Part shown: positions 53,131 to 62,355 of the stretch, piece after piece
Numbering within the stretch: the first letter of the stretch is position 1
Layout: each line of letters opens with the position of its first letter
NCBI GenBank assembly: GCA_965215335.1
Contig: CBDCDA010000001.1
Coordinates: 288,001-352,000 of the forward strand
Length of the DNA stretch: 64,000 bases
Reading direction: 5' to 3'
DNA from: an uncultured Candidatus Entotheonella sp.
GTDB taxonomy: Bacteria > Tectomicrobia > Entotheonellia > Entotheonellales > Entotheonellaceae
Program-made: the position numbers and the translations under genes
Notes under the pieces: model-generated
What the model was told of the DNA's origin: nothing
Databases searched by the model: none
The model's input: the letters and a program-made list of their open reading frames with translations, nothing else

Positions 53131-55005
53131 TCACAGATTCGCCAATTCAGGCCGCGCATGCGGCCGCAGGTCACCCAGAAGGACCGCCAGGGTAGCTTGA
53201 TCGATCACTTCATGCTTCAGAAGGTACTGCGCCAGTGTTTCGAGCTTGCTGCGGTGCGTTTCGAGCAACCGCCGAGCCCGATCATACATGCGCTCCACCA
53301 TCTCGCATGCCTCCTCATCGATACGGCGTGCCGTTGCTTCACTGCACGATCTGGGGAGCTGTTGGCCCGTGTCCAAAAACATGGGTTGCCTGCCATGTTC
53401 CACCGCATAGGGACCCAGGTGCTCGCTCATGCCAAACTCCGCGACCATCCGCCTGGCCATCTCGCTGGCACGCTGCAGGTCGTCCTGGGCGCCGGTAGAC
53501 GTGTCACTAAACACGACATCTTCAGCGGCCCGCCCACCGAGCATCACGGTAATACGATCCAGAAGCTCATCCTTGGTATACAGATAACGGTCCTGTGTGG
53601 GCAGTTGCTGGGTGTATCCCAGAGCCGCGACGCCATGCGGAACGATGGTGACTTTGCGCACCGGGTCGGCGCTCGGGAGCGCCTCGGCGACCAATGCGTG
53701 TCCCGATTCATGATAGGCGACCCGCTGTTTTTCAGCGGGAGCCATGATACGGCTTTTCTTCTCCGGCCCGGCCATGATGCGGTCAATCGCCTTGTCGAGT
53801 TCATCCATTGTCACCGCGTCCCGGTTGTAACGCGCGGCGAGAAGGGCCGCCTCATTGACCACGCTGGCCAGGTCCGAACCGACCATGCCCGGCGTGCGGG
53901 CGGCAATCACCCGCAGATCAACGTCAGCGGCCAGACGCACCTTCTTGCCGTGCAGGCGCAGGATGTCCAGACGTCCTTGCAAATCGGGACGCCCGACTGC
54001 CACTTGGCGGTCGAAGCGACCGGCGCGCAGCAAGGCAGGGTCAAGAATCTCCGGTCGATTGGTGGCACCCAGGATGATGACCCCCTTGCGGGGATCAAAA
54101 CCATCCATCTCACCCAGCAGCTGGTTCAGCGTCTGCTCGCGCTCGTCGTTCTGCTGCATAGGGTTAATGCCACGCGCTTTGCCAACGGCGTCCAGTTCAT
54201 CAATGAAAACGATGCACGGCGCTTTCTCCTGCGCCTGCTTGAACAGGTCGCGTACCCGGGCGGCACCGACACCCACGAACATCTCTACAAAGTCCGAACC
54301 GCTGAGGCTGAAAAACGGCACGGACGCCTCGCCGGCCACGGCTCGCGACAGCAGGGTCTTTCCTGTTCCCGGCGGGCCTACCAACAAGACCCCTTTGGGG
54401 ATGCGGCCACCGAGGCTGGCATACTTCTGCGGATTACGCAGGAAATCAATGATTTCCTGCAGTTCCTCTTTCGCCTCATCGGCCCCGGCAACGTCCGCAA
54501 ACGTATTACCGGTCTCGCGCTCGGCGTAAATTCGTGCCCGGCTTTTACCGAAATTCATCACACCCTGACCGGGACCCAGCCGACGGGCGAGAAAGTTCCA
54601 GAGCAAAAACAACAGTCCCAATGGCAGAACCCACGACAGGATCGTTTTCAGCAGGTTGTTATCGTTTTGTCCGGTGTATTTCACCCCATACGTTTCCAAT
54701 TCCTTCACGAGGTCAGGGTCCTCGACCCGCACGGTCATAAAGCGCATCGGCGGCGTCATCTCTGAGGCATCATCGGACATGCGAAGCGTGCCGCGAATGG
54801 CCTGGGCACCAATCCGCACCTCGACGATACGCCCCGCACGCAAATCGGCCTTGAAGTCACTATATGACACCTGCTCAAACGGCCGTGCAAAGAGCGCGTT
54901 CTGCGCCAACAGCATCAATCCGATGGCCGCCAAGACGTACCACAGCGAGAAACGGCCACCGGGTCCGGCACCGCGCTGAAATCGACCGTTGGGCTTGCTG
55001 TTCAT
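53131..55005 (-). CDS. ftsH: ATP-dependent zinc metalloprotease FtsH
   Basis: Two TM helices, [29 protein letters not shown] 55005 has a GGAGG RBS. Confidence 0.95.
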   Translation of the reverse strand: MNSKPNGRFQRGAGPGGRFSLWYVLAAIGLMLLAQNALFARPFEQVSYSDFKADLRAGRIVEVRIGAQAIRGTLRMSDDASEMTPPMRFMTVRVEDPDLVKELETYGVKYTGQNDNNLLKTILSWVLPLGLLFLLWNFLARRLGPGQGVMNFGKSRARIYAERETGNTFADVAGADEAKEELQEIIDFLRNPQKYASLGGRIPKGVLLVGPPGTGKTLLSRAVAGEASVPFFSLSGSDFVEMFVGVGAARVRDLFKQAQEKAPCIVFIDELDAVGKARGINPMQQNDEREQTLNQLLGEMDGFDPRKGVIILGATNRPEILDPALLRAGRFDRQVAVGRPDLQGRLDILRLHGKKVRLAADVDLRVIAARTPGMVGSDLASVVNEAALLAARYNRDAVTMDELDKAIDRIMAGPEKKSRIMAPAEKQRVAYHESGHALVAEALPSADPVRKVTIVPHGVAALGYTQQLPTQDRYLYTKDELLDRITVMLGGRAAEDVVFSDTSTGAQDDLQRASEMARRMVAEFGMSEHLGPYAVEHGRQPMFLDTGQQLPRSCSEATARRIDEEACEMVERMYDRARRLLETHRSKLETLAQYLLKHEVIDQATLAVLLGDLRPHARPELANL

Positions 55006-55409
55006 CTGCAACCTCCGTGCGAGCCGCCTCATGGCGGGTATTCAACAGCATGCGGGTCCTAGCCGCCTTGTTGCGTTGCCCAGGCACTTGCAGGCACTTG
55101 TTTGCTCGTCTTTTTCGGATTTTCGAAGTGTACACCATGAAAGGGACTTTTACGGAAACAATCCCAAAAGGGACGAGGCGACCGCCATCATGTCTCGTGG
55201 TGACACGTACCTTCTAGCGGGAAATATACATTGCGTGTCAACAGGTTCTTTGACATACTTTCTCGTCACCAATCGGCACCCTTTGGCCTGCAGACTTGTC
55301 CATCGGATAGCACGGTGCCTGCGGCCTCAGGCGAGAGCAGTCAAAACGGAAAGCTGATCGCCTGCCTGGTCAGCGAGCCTCTCGCCCACCGCTCGGAGGT
55401 AATTCAGAG

Positions 55410-56480
55410 ATGAAAAACAAACGCGTTATTCACGTCGTCGGCACGGGCACGATCGGAGAACCGCTGATCGGTCTTCTGCTGGATCTGCGGGGCCATCTGC
55501 AAGTCGATGAAATCACCTTTCACAAGAACCGGGCGTTGCTCGATGACCGTGCAAAAGTCAAGAACCTGATCCGACGCGGCGCACAACTCGTCGTCTCTCC
55601 CGAAAAACGCCCCGAGTTCGAGAAGCTGGGCATGCAGCCCACCTACGACACCGAGGAGGCACTGAACCAGGCCTCTGTCGTCATCGACTGCACGCCTGAA
55701 GGCATGGCCAATCAGCACAAAGAACGATGGTATGAAGATTTGTCTTCGGCACGCGGATTCATCGCCCAGGGCAGTGAATTCGGCTTTGGCAAGATGTATG
55801 CGCGCGGCATTAACGACGACGCGCTGGTGCCTTACGAAGACCGCTTTGTTCAAGTTGTCAGTTGCAACACCCACAATCTCGCCGTTCTCGTCGACACCAT
55901 CGCCTTGCACGATGAGTCTCCGGACAATTTGGTTGAAGGTCGTTTTGTCTGCTTGCGGCGGTCCAGCGACATCAGCCAGGAAAAGAGTTTCATCGCCGCA
56001 CCGCAGGTGGGCACCCACAAAGATGACAAATTCGGCACCCATCACGCCAGAGATGCCTGGCATCTGTTCCGCACGCTGGGATTGGACCTGAATCTGTTTT
56101 CCTCGGCGATCAAACTCAATACCCAGTACATGCACAGTATCTGGTTCAACCTGCGGGTCAAATATTCCGTAACACTGGACGAGGTGATCGAGAAATTCGA
56201 GGCCAACAAGTACATCGCCTTGACTGAAAAGACGATGGCCAACACCATCTTTTCGTTCGGGCGCGACCACGGCTATTTTGGTCGCCTGCTTAACCAAACG
56301 GTGATCTCGGTGCCGACCCTGACGGTCAGGGACGGCCACGAAATTACCGGCTTCTGCTTCACACCGCAGGACGGAAATTCCCTCCTAAGCAGCATTGCCG
56401 CCGCTGCCTGGCTCCTCGACCCCGACACGCACGAGGCGCACATTCAATTCGTCACACCGCACCTCTTTGATGAAGTATAA
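55410..56480 (+). CDS. Archaeal-type (class II) GAPDH-like NAD(P)-dependent oxidoreductase
   Basis: GTGTIG Rossmann motif, VVIDCTP.G, AQGSE, catalytic VVSCNTH, RRSSD, HHARDA. Confidence 0.65.
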   Translation: MKNKRVIHVVGTGTIGEPLIGLLLDLRGHLQVDEITFHKNRALLDDRAKVKNLIRRGAQLVVSPEKRPEFEKLGMQPTYDTEEALNQASVVIDCTPEGMANQHKERWYEDLSSARGFIAQGSEFGFGKMYARGINDDALVPYEDRFVQVVSCNTHNLAVLVDTIALHDESPDNLVEGRFVCLRRSSDISQEKSFIAAPQVGTHKDDKFGTHHARDAWHLFRTLGLDLNLFSSAIKLNTQYMHSIWFNLRVKYSVTLDEVIEKFEANKYIALTEKTMANTIFSFGRDHGYFGRLLNQTVISVPTLTVRDGHEITGFCFTPQDGNSLLSSIAAAAWLLDPDTHEAHIQFVTPHLFDEV

Positions 56481-56524
56481 GGGCCGGGGAGAGCGCCAAT
56501 CATGTAGCTCGGAGCGGTGTATGC

Positions 56525-57676
56525 CTACAGCACCTCGTCACGGTGCGTCGGTAGCCTGCGCAATGGGAATTCCCGGTAGGGATACCGCTCCAAGGCCTCC
56601 TGCCGCAGTTCGACACCCAGCCCAGGACCTCGAGGCAAGGCGATATACCCGCCGTCGACCCGCAAGGGTTCGACCGTGACCTCGGCCCCGCGCTCTTCAA
56701 AATTCACGAAGTACTCCGTGATCAGAAAATTCGGGATGCAGGCCGCTAGCTGCAGGGTTGCCGCCAAGCCGATCGTGGTGCTGTTGTAATTGTGCGGCGA
56801 AACGGTAACGAAATAGGGCTCGGCCATCGCCGCGATTTCCTTCAGTTCGAGCAATCCACCACAGTTGCAAATGTCGGGATTGATGATGTCAGCCGCCTGC
56901 TTCTCAAACACCGCACGAAACTCCGCCTTGGTATAGAGTTCCTCTCCCGTCACGATGGGCAGGCGAATGTCTCGACGGCACGCGGCCAGTGCGTCCACGT
57001 TACGTGCCGATACCGGCTCCTCGTACCAGAACGGCCGGAAAGGCTCGATGGCTCGCGCCATCCGAACGGCATGCATGGGTGCGAGCCGGCGGTGGACTTC
57101 GATCAGTAGCTCGACGTCCGGCCCGACCGCTTCCCGCACGACGCGCACCGTCTCCATCGCCTGTTCTTCCGCCTGCCGGGAAATGTGCGTACGCCACGGC
57201 CCGGGAAACGGGTCGAACTTGAGAGCCGCAAACCCGCGCGCAACGATTTGCAGTGCGCGCTCGGCGTAGGCCTCCGGCGTCCCGGCGCTCCCGGCCCAGC
57301 CATTGGCATAGACGCGGATTTTCTCCCGACAAGCGCCGCCCAGCAGGTTGTATACCGGCGTTCCAAAGTGCTTGCCGACGATGTCCCACAGCGCCTGCTC
57401 CAGGCCGCTCAGTGCGCTGTAGAAATCCATCGCGCCGCGCTTGCCGGCGAAGTCGTGGTAGGCCATGTGGGTGAAGTGCTTGATATTCATGGGGTCACGG
57501 CCGAGCAGGTAGCGTCCGAGCTGCTGCACGTGCGCCACGATGCCCCGGTCACGGTCCGACTGGGTATAGCATTCTCCCCAGCCGCTGATATCCGCGTCGG
57601 TATCGACCTTCACGAATAACCAGTTCTTCCCGGCGCCGGAGTCGACCAGGAAGGGCTGCACGGCGGTAACGTACAT
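56525..57676 (-). CDS. Mandelate racemase/galactonate dehydratase-like enolase-superfamily enzyme
   Basis: GWGEC, EQALWDIVGK, LKFDPF, EVHRR, WYEEP, TGEELY, PHN, PGLGVE. Confidence 0.9.
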   Translation of the reverse strand: MYVTAVQPFLVDSGAGKNWLFVKVDTDADISGWGECYTQSDRDRGIVAHVQQLGRYLLGRDPMNIKHFTHMAYHDFAGKRGAMDFYSALSGLEQALWDIVGKHFGTPVYNLLGGACREKIRVYANGWAGSAGTPEAYAERALQIVARGFAALKFDPFPGPWRTHISRQAEEQAMETVRVVREAVGPDVELLIEVHRRLAPMHAVRMARAIEPFRPFWYEEPVSARNVDALAACRRDIRLPIVTGEELYTKAEFRAVFEKQAADIINPDICNCGGLLELKEIAAMAEPYFVTVSPHNYNSTTIGLAATLQLAACIPNFLITEYFVNFEERGAEVTVEPLRVDGGYIALPRGPGLGVELRQEALERYPYREFPLRRLPTHRDEVL

Positions 57677-57828
57677 GGCGTTGTCTCTCCAGTTGTCTGA
57701 TCGGGTTCGGAGCCATGACATGCCAGGCCGGGAACGCCCTCTGACGACCCGGAAGTCCGCCGAGTTTATATACCGCATCTACCTTGTAATCAAGGCTTTC
57801 GAGACTTGTCAGACAGCGCCAGGGTTTC

Positions 57829-57858
57829 TTGACAGCCGGCGAAACCCGTTGCTAGAAT
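57829..57858 (+). promoter_or_regulatory. Sigma70-type promoter
   Basis: TTGACA-N18-TAGAAT upstream of the B12-binding gene. Confidence 0.55.
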
Positions 57859-57920
57859 CGCCCCTGCCGTGTGCCCGGCATATGTAGCCGAGGCGCTATC
57901 ATGGGGAGACAAAAAGACGC

Positions 57921-58328
57921 ATGACAACAGCCCGGAAAATCCGCGTTCTGATTGCCAAACCCGGCTTGGACGGCCACGACCGCGGCGCCAAGGTCCTCGC
58001 GCTCGCCCTGCGCGATGCGGGGATCGAGGTCATCTATACGGGTCTGCGGCAACAACCGGAGCAGATCGTCGCGGCTGCCATCCAGGAGGATGTGGACGTC
58101 GTGGGGTTGAGTTGCTTATCGGGGGCGCACAATGTCCTTTTCCCGCGTGTTGTGGAGTTACTCAGGGAACAGGGCGCCGGGGATATTCTCGTGCTTGGCG
58201 GCGGCACGATCCCGGAACACGACGTCCCGGCGCTGCAAGCCAGCGGCGTACGGGCCCTGTTTGGCCCCGGCTCGTCAATCGCCGATATTGTGGAACACAT
58301 TCGCGAACATGCGCCGCAGCGGTCCTAG
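57921..58328 (+). CDS. Cobalamin-binding small subunit of an acyl-CoA mutase (methylmalonyl-CoA mutase C-terminal type)
   Basis: [13 protein letters not shown] (DxHxxG), [15 protein letters not shown]. Confidence 0.93.
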   Translation: MTTARKIRVLIAKPGLDGHDRGAKVLALALRDAGIEVIYTGLRQQPEQIVAAAIQEDVDVVGLSCLSGAHNVLFPRVVELLREQGAGDILVLGGGTIPEHDVPALQASGVRALFGPGSSIADIVEHIREHAPQRS

Positions 58329-58366
58329 CGCCGCCTCGCAGGAGAGCCCCGGTCTGAGGTATGTGC

Positions 58367-59320
58367 ATGCCTGTGGAACTGGTGAAAAAAATGCTCACCG
58401 GTGATCAACGGGCACTGGCCCGGCTCGTCTCAGTGGTGGAAAGACAGAGCGCCGACGTCCCGGAAATCATGCAGCGTATCGCCCCCACGCTTGGACGCGC
58501 CTATTGTGTCGGCATCACCGGACCGCCGGGCGCAGGCAAGAGCACCATCACCGACCGCCTGACGGCGCGTGCCCGCCGGCAAGGCAAGACCGTCGGGATT
58601 GTCGCCGTTGACCCCACAAGCCCCTTCTCCGGCGGCGCCATTCTGGGTGACCGCATCCGCATGCAGCAACATTATCTCGACGTCGGGGTTTATATTCGCA
58701 GCATGGCGTCCCGCGGGCACCATGGCGGCTTGTCCCGCGCCGCCAAAGGGGTCATCAAGCTTCTCGATGCGTTCGGCAAGGATCTGGTCATCGTCGAGAC
58801 GGTGGGCGTCGGCCAGACGGAGCTTGACATCGTGGCCGCCGCCGATACGACGATCCTGATCCTGGTGCCTGAAAGTGGCGACGCCATTCAGACCATCAAG
58901 GCCGGCATCATGGAAATTGCCGATCTGTTCGTGATCAACAAGGCTGACCGTGATGGCGCCGAGCGTCTGCAACGCGACCTGCAAATGATGCTGCATGTCC
59001 GCCACGCCTCCGAGGGGTGGTGTCCGCCCGTTCTCAGCGCCCAAGCTGGCCAAGACATCGGTATTGCCGAACTCCACGAGGCGATTGCGACCCATCGCCG
59101 CCACCTGATGGAGACCGGTCAACTGGCGGCGCGCCGACGGCAGAACCGGCGACAGGAACTGCTCGATTTGCTTCAGCAACAATTGACGGCAACATTGACG
59201 GCGCGGTTCCAAGACGGCGAAGCTCATTCGGGGCTGCTAGAACAGGTGGAAGAGGGCGTGGTGGATCCGTATACGGCGGTGCAGCAGATGCTGGTCGAAA
59301 GCGGCGACCTGTGGCGCTAA
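58367..59320 (+). CDS. meaB: Acyl-CoA mutase-associated GTPase MeaB/ArgK
   Basis: GITGPPGAGKS, VDPTSPFSGGAILGDRIRM, ETVGVGQ, NKAD. Confidence 0.95.
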   Translation: MPVELVKKMLTGDQRALARLVSVVERQSADVPEIMQRIAPTLGRAYCVGITGPPGAGKSTITDRLTARARRQGKTVGIVAVDPTSPFSGGAILGDRIRMQQHYLDVGVYIRSMASRGHHGGLSRAAKGVIKLLDAFGKDLVIVETVGVGQTELDIVAAADTTILILVPESGDAIQTIKAGIMEIADLFVINKADRDGAERLQRDLQMMLHVRHASEGWCPPVLSAQAGQDIGIAELHEAIATHRRHLMETGQLAARRRQNRRQELLDLLQQQLTATLTARFQDGEAHSGLLEQVEEGVVDPYTAVQQMLVESGDLWR

Positions 59321-59379
59321 CCGCTCCGTGCGAGCGGACCACACTCGAGCGGCAACGATACTCCGTTGAGGAGACCACG

Positions 59380-59700
59380 ATGACCGAACGATACATTGAC
59401 GTGCTGGACCCGCGCGGCGTGCCCCAGCAGGGGGCGTACGATCCGGCCCGATTGTTTCGCCGAGAATGAGGCCGGCAGCCCATGGGAACCGTGGCACGTG
59501 GAATGCGGCTACCCTGCCGACGTCAGCACCGTAACCGTGGCAGGTGCCGAGGCGCCGCACAACATCAATGACCACGGCAGCATCCGGCCGGAAAGTATCC
59601 TAACGACGGTCGCGGAGACCATGGCCGTCGTCGGCTGCAACAACGCGACCGGAGGTGGTCAGCCGGTTGTCGTCTTTGGTCCCGAGCACGCCGCCTCCGA
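59380..59700 (+). pseudogene. Probable deletion relic of two genes
   Basis: A strong RBS and ATG give only 29 aa (MTERYIDVLDPRG...). An overlapping frame reads like an internal protein fragment (CFAENEAGSPWEPWHVECGY...STVTV...PHNINDH...GPEHA) with no credible start. Confidence 0.55.
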
Positions 59701-59758
59701 CAGGCCTGAGATCTTCGACACGCTGTTTTTTTCTGATGCAAGGGAAGGGGAAGCCTGG

Positions 59759-60559
59759 ATGAATTACGAAGAGATCATCTACACAATAGAAAATCGCGTA
59801 GCCACTATCACGCTGAATCGCCCCGAATCACTGAATGCGTTCAGCGATCAGATGCTGACAGAATGGACTGACGCTTTGCTGCGCGCCCAGGCCGATGACG
59901 AGGTGTGGGTGATCATGGTCACCGGCGCGGGCCGCGGCTTCTGTTCCGGGGGCAATGTCAAGGGCTTTGTCTACAGCCCCGACGAAGCGCCGCCCCCCTT
60001 GTTTACGCAGCGCAACCACATGCGCCACGGCGTACACCAGGTGCCGCGCGCGGTCTCGCAACTCGACAAGCCCTATATCGCCGCCGTCAATGGCCCGGCC
60101 GCCGGCGCCGGCATGGACATGGCCAGCATGGCGGATATTCGCATCGCGTCCGACAAAGCCAAATTCGTGATGAGCTACATCAACATGGGATTGGTGACCG
60201 GCGACGGCGGCGCCTATTTTCTGCCTCGCATCGTCGGCCTCGGCAAGGCCTACGAATTGATCTGGGGCGGCGAGCCGTTTGACGCCCATGAAGCCCTGCA
60301 GATGGGCTACGTCAATCACGTCGTGCCGCATGAGGAATTCGCACAATTTGCCCAGTCGTATGCCGAGAAATTCGCGCACAAACCGCCTGTCGCCACGCAG
60401 CTCATCAAGCGCGCGGTGCGCAAGGGTCTGCAAGCGGACCTCGATTCCACCCTGGATTATCTGGAGTGGGCGATGCTGATCTGCCGCAGCACGGAGGACT
60501 CTCAGGAGGGCCCGCGGGCCTGGCGCGAGAAACGCCCGCCGGTGTTTACCGGGCGTTAG
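59759..60559 (+). CDS. Enoyl-CoA hydratase/isomerase family protein
   Basis: ATITLNRPESLNA, TGAGRGFCSGG, KPYIAAVNGPAAGAG, EKRPPVFTGR; real start MNYEEII has an RBS. Confidence 0.92.
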   Translation: MNYEEIIYTIENRVATITLNRPESLNAFSDQMLTEWTDALLRAQADDEVWVIMVTGAGRGFCSGGNVKGFVYSPDEAPPPLFTQRNHMRHGVHQVPRAVSQLDKPYIAAVNGPAAGAGMDMASMADIRIASDKAKFVMSYINMGLVTGDGGAYFLPRIVGLGKAYELIWGGEPFDAHEALQMGYVNHVVPHEEFAQFAQSYAEKFAHKPPVATQLIKRAVRKGLQADLDSTLDYLEWAMLICRSTEDSQEGPRAWREKRPPVFTGR

Positions 60560-60609
60560 ACATTTCCAGGAAACGGCGGCGCGGGGGCCTGCAACTCGGG
60601 AGGCGAAGG

Positions 60610-62280
60610 ATGTTCCGCGTGAAACGACCCTGCACGATTCCGACGAGCGCCTTGCTGGCCATAATGGCTCTCGCCTTGGGTGTCGGCGCGGCGCACGCGC
60701 GCAGCGAGACGGCGACAGGGGTGTTTCTCGACCACATCTCGGAGCCGATCGTGCAGTCGAGGTGCATCTACTGCCACGTCGAGGGCGGGCGGTCCGGGCA
60801 CACCCGGCTCGTGTTCGTGCACGACTCGGAGGCGCCCGACCGCGAGGCGCGCAACCTGCAGGCCTTCGAGGATTTTCTTGCCATGGTCGAGGGTGGCCAG
60901 GAACACATCCTGACCAAGGTTCAGGGGATCGCCCACGGCGGCGGCGTGCAGGTGCCGGCGGGGTCCTTCGACTTCGCGAGCCTGGACCGCTTCCTGGCGC
61001 TGCTTGAAGGCCAGCCGCTGGGTTTTGTCGCGCGCCTCCTGAAACGACTACAACTGGACGAGGGAGAACCCTCGCTGTTGTTCGGCGTCACCACGCCGGA
61101 GGATGGGGATACCGTGGCGGGGAATGCCGTGACCATCTCGGCCACTGGTGCACCGACCGCGGCGGTCCACTTCGCATACCGCCCGGGCGACGCCCCGGAA
61201 GCAGAGTTCGTGTATCTCGGTGCGGCGGCCAACCGGTCCGCTGCCCGGTTGGCGTGGGACACCTCGGCCTTGGCGGATCGAGATTACGAACTTGTCGCCT
61301 TGTTCACGGAAGACGGAGGAGAGAGCATCATCTCCGACATTATCGACGTGACCGTCGATAATGTCGCGCCCGCCGAACCGCCGGACATCGTGGAAGACCG
61401 CGGTCACAAAGCCCAGGTGCTGCGGATGGGGGCGACGCATGACGTGATCACGGCCGATGGGGTGGTGGTGACGCTTCCGGCCGGCGCGCTGGACGGCGAC
61501 GACCGCATCACGATCAGGGCGGCAGGCCCGCCCGACCCGAAGACAGCGCCAGGCGACGCCGTCGGGCTCAGGATCGACATCACCTTGGCCAGCGGACGGG
61601 ATACCTTCAGCGAAGCGGTTACCATCAGTCTCCCATATCCTGAAGGGAAGCCGGATGGGATTGTGCACGAAACGGACATCCCCGAAGCCGGTCTGTCGCT
61701 GTGGTTCTTCGACGCGCAAGCGGACGCCTGGATGCTGATTCCCGGGTCGACGGTACAGCCCGATGCGGACCTGGTGGTTGCCGACTCGACGCAGACGGGG
61801 GGATTCGGCATCTTCAATGTCCCGCTGCTGAGGGTGCAACAGGACGGCGAGGCCATCACGGGCCTGGACTTCGGCGTCGAGGCAACGGCGTTGATGTTTA
61901 GCGTGGTGAACGGCAATGCCGCTGCGGAGCCGTTGACCTGGACGATCGATGAGTCGAAGCCGTCGTGGCTCACCGTCGCGCCGGATCGGGGCGACGCAGG
62001 CTCGGGGGCGGGAACTGTGGTCACGGTGTCGGTGGACCGGACGGGGCTGGATTCCGGCGATTACGCCGGAACGCTGTCCATCACGTCCAACGGCGGCACT
62101 CGGGAGGTGAGCGTCGTCATGCGGGTAGCAGCAGCGCCGGGGGGCGGCGGCGGGGGTGGATGCGCCGTGGTGCCCCCCGGAACGCCCCCGGACCCCGCGC
62201 TCATGGGTCTGCTGGGGCTCGTGACCGTCTACCTGGTTGTTGGACGACGGCGCCTGAGGCATCAGGCCGCGATGGGGTGA
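60610..62280 (+). CDS. Secreted, C-terminally anchored protein with heme-c motif and beta-sandwich (Ig/BACON-like) domains
   Basis: Signal peptide, CIYCH, LTWTI...SWLTV...Y.GTLSITSNGG; ends GGGGGGC, then a hydrophobic helix, then RRRLR. Confidence 0.7.
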   Translation: MFRVKRPCTIPTSALLAIMALALGVGAAHARSETATGVFLDHISEPIVQSRCIYCHVEGGRSGHTRLVFVHDSEAPDREARNLQAFEDFLAMVEGGQEHILTKVQGIAHGGGVQVPAGSFDFASLDRFLALLEGQPLGFVARLLKRLQLDEGEPSLLFGVTTPEDGDTVAGNAVTISATGAPTAAVHFAYRPGDAPEAEFVYLGAAANRSAARLAWDTSALADRDYELVALFTEDGGESIISDIIDVTVDNVAPAEPPDIVEDRGHKAQVLRMGATHDVITADGVVVTLPAGALDGDDRITIRAAGPPDPKTAPGDAVGLRIDITLASGRDTFSEAVTISLPYPEGKPDGIVHETDIPEAGLSLWFFDAQADAWMLIPGSTVQPDADLVVADSTQTGGFGIFNVPLLRVQQDGEAITGLDFGVEATALMFSVVNGNAAAEPLTWTIDESKPSWLTVAPDRGDAGSGAGTVVTVSVDRTGLDSGDYAGTLSITSNGGTREVSVVMRVAAAPGGGGGGGCAVVPPGTPPDPALMGLLGLVTVYLVVGRRRLRHQAAMG

Positions 62281-62355
62281 CACGTTCAGCCGATCAGCGA
62301 TCATGCAATATCCGCAAGCTTGGCTCATCAGCCCCCAACCTGGGAGGAGAAGGGA

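Noticed and set aside
53029..54765. 578-aa plus-strand ORF
   Set aside because: Antisense shadow of ftsH.
59396..60559. 387-aa novel fusion to enoyl-CoA hydratase
   Set aside because: Weak TTG start without an RBS; the crotonase has its own RBS and ATG at 59759, and the upstream part looks like a relic.
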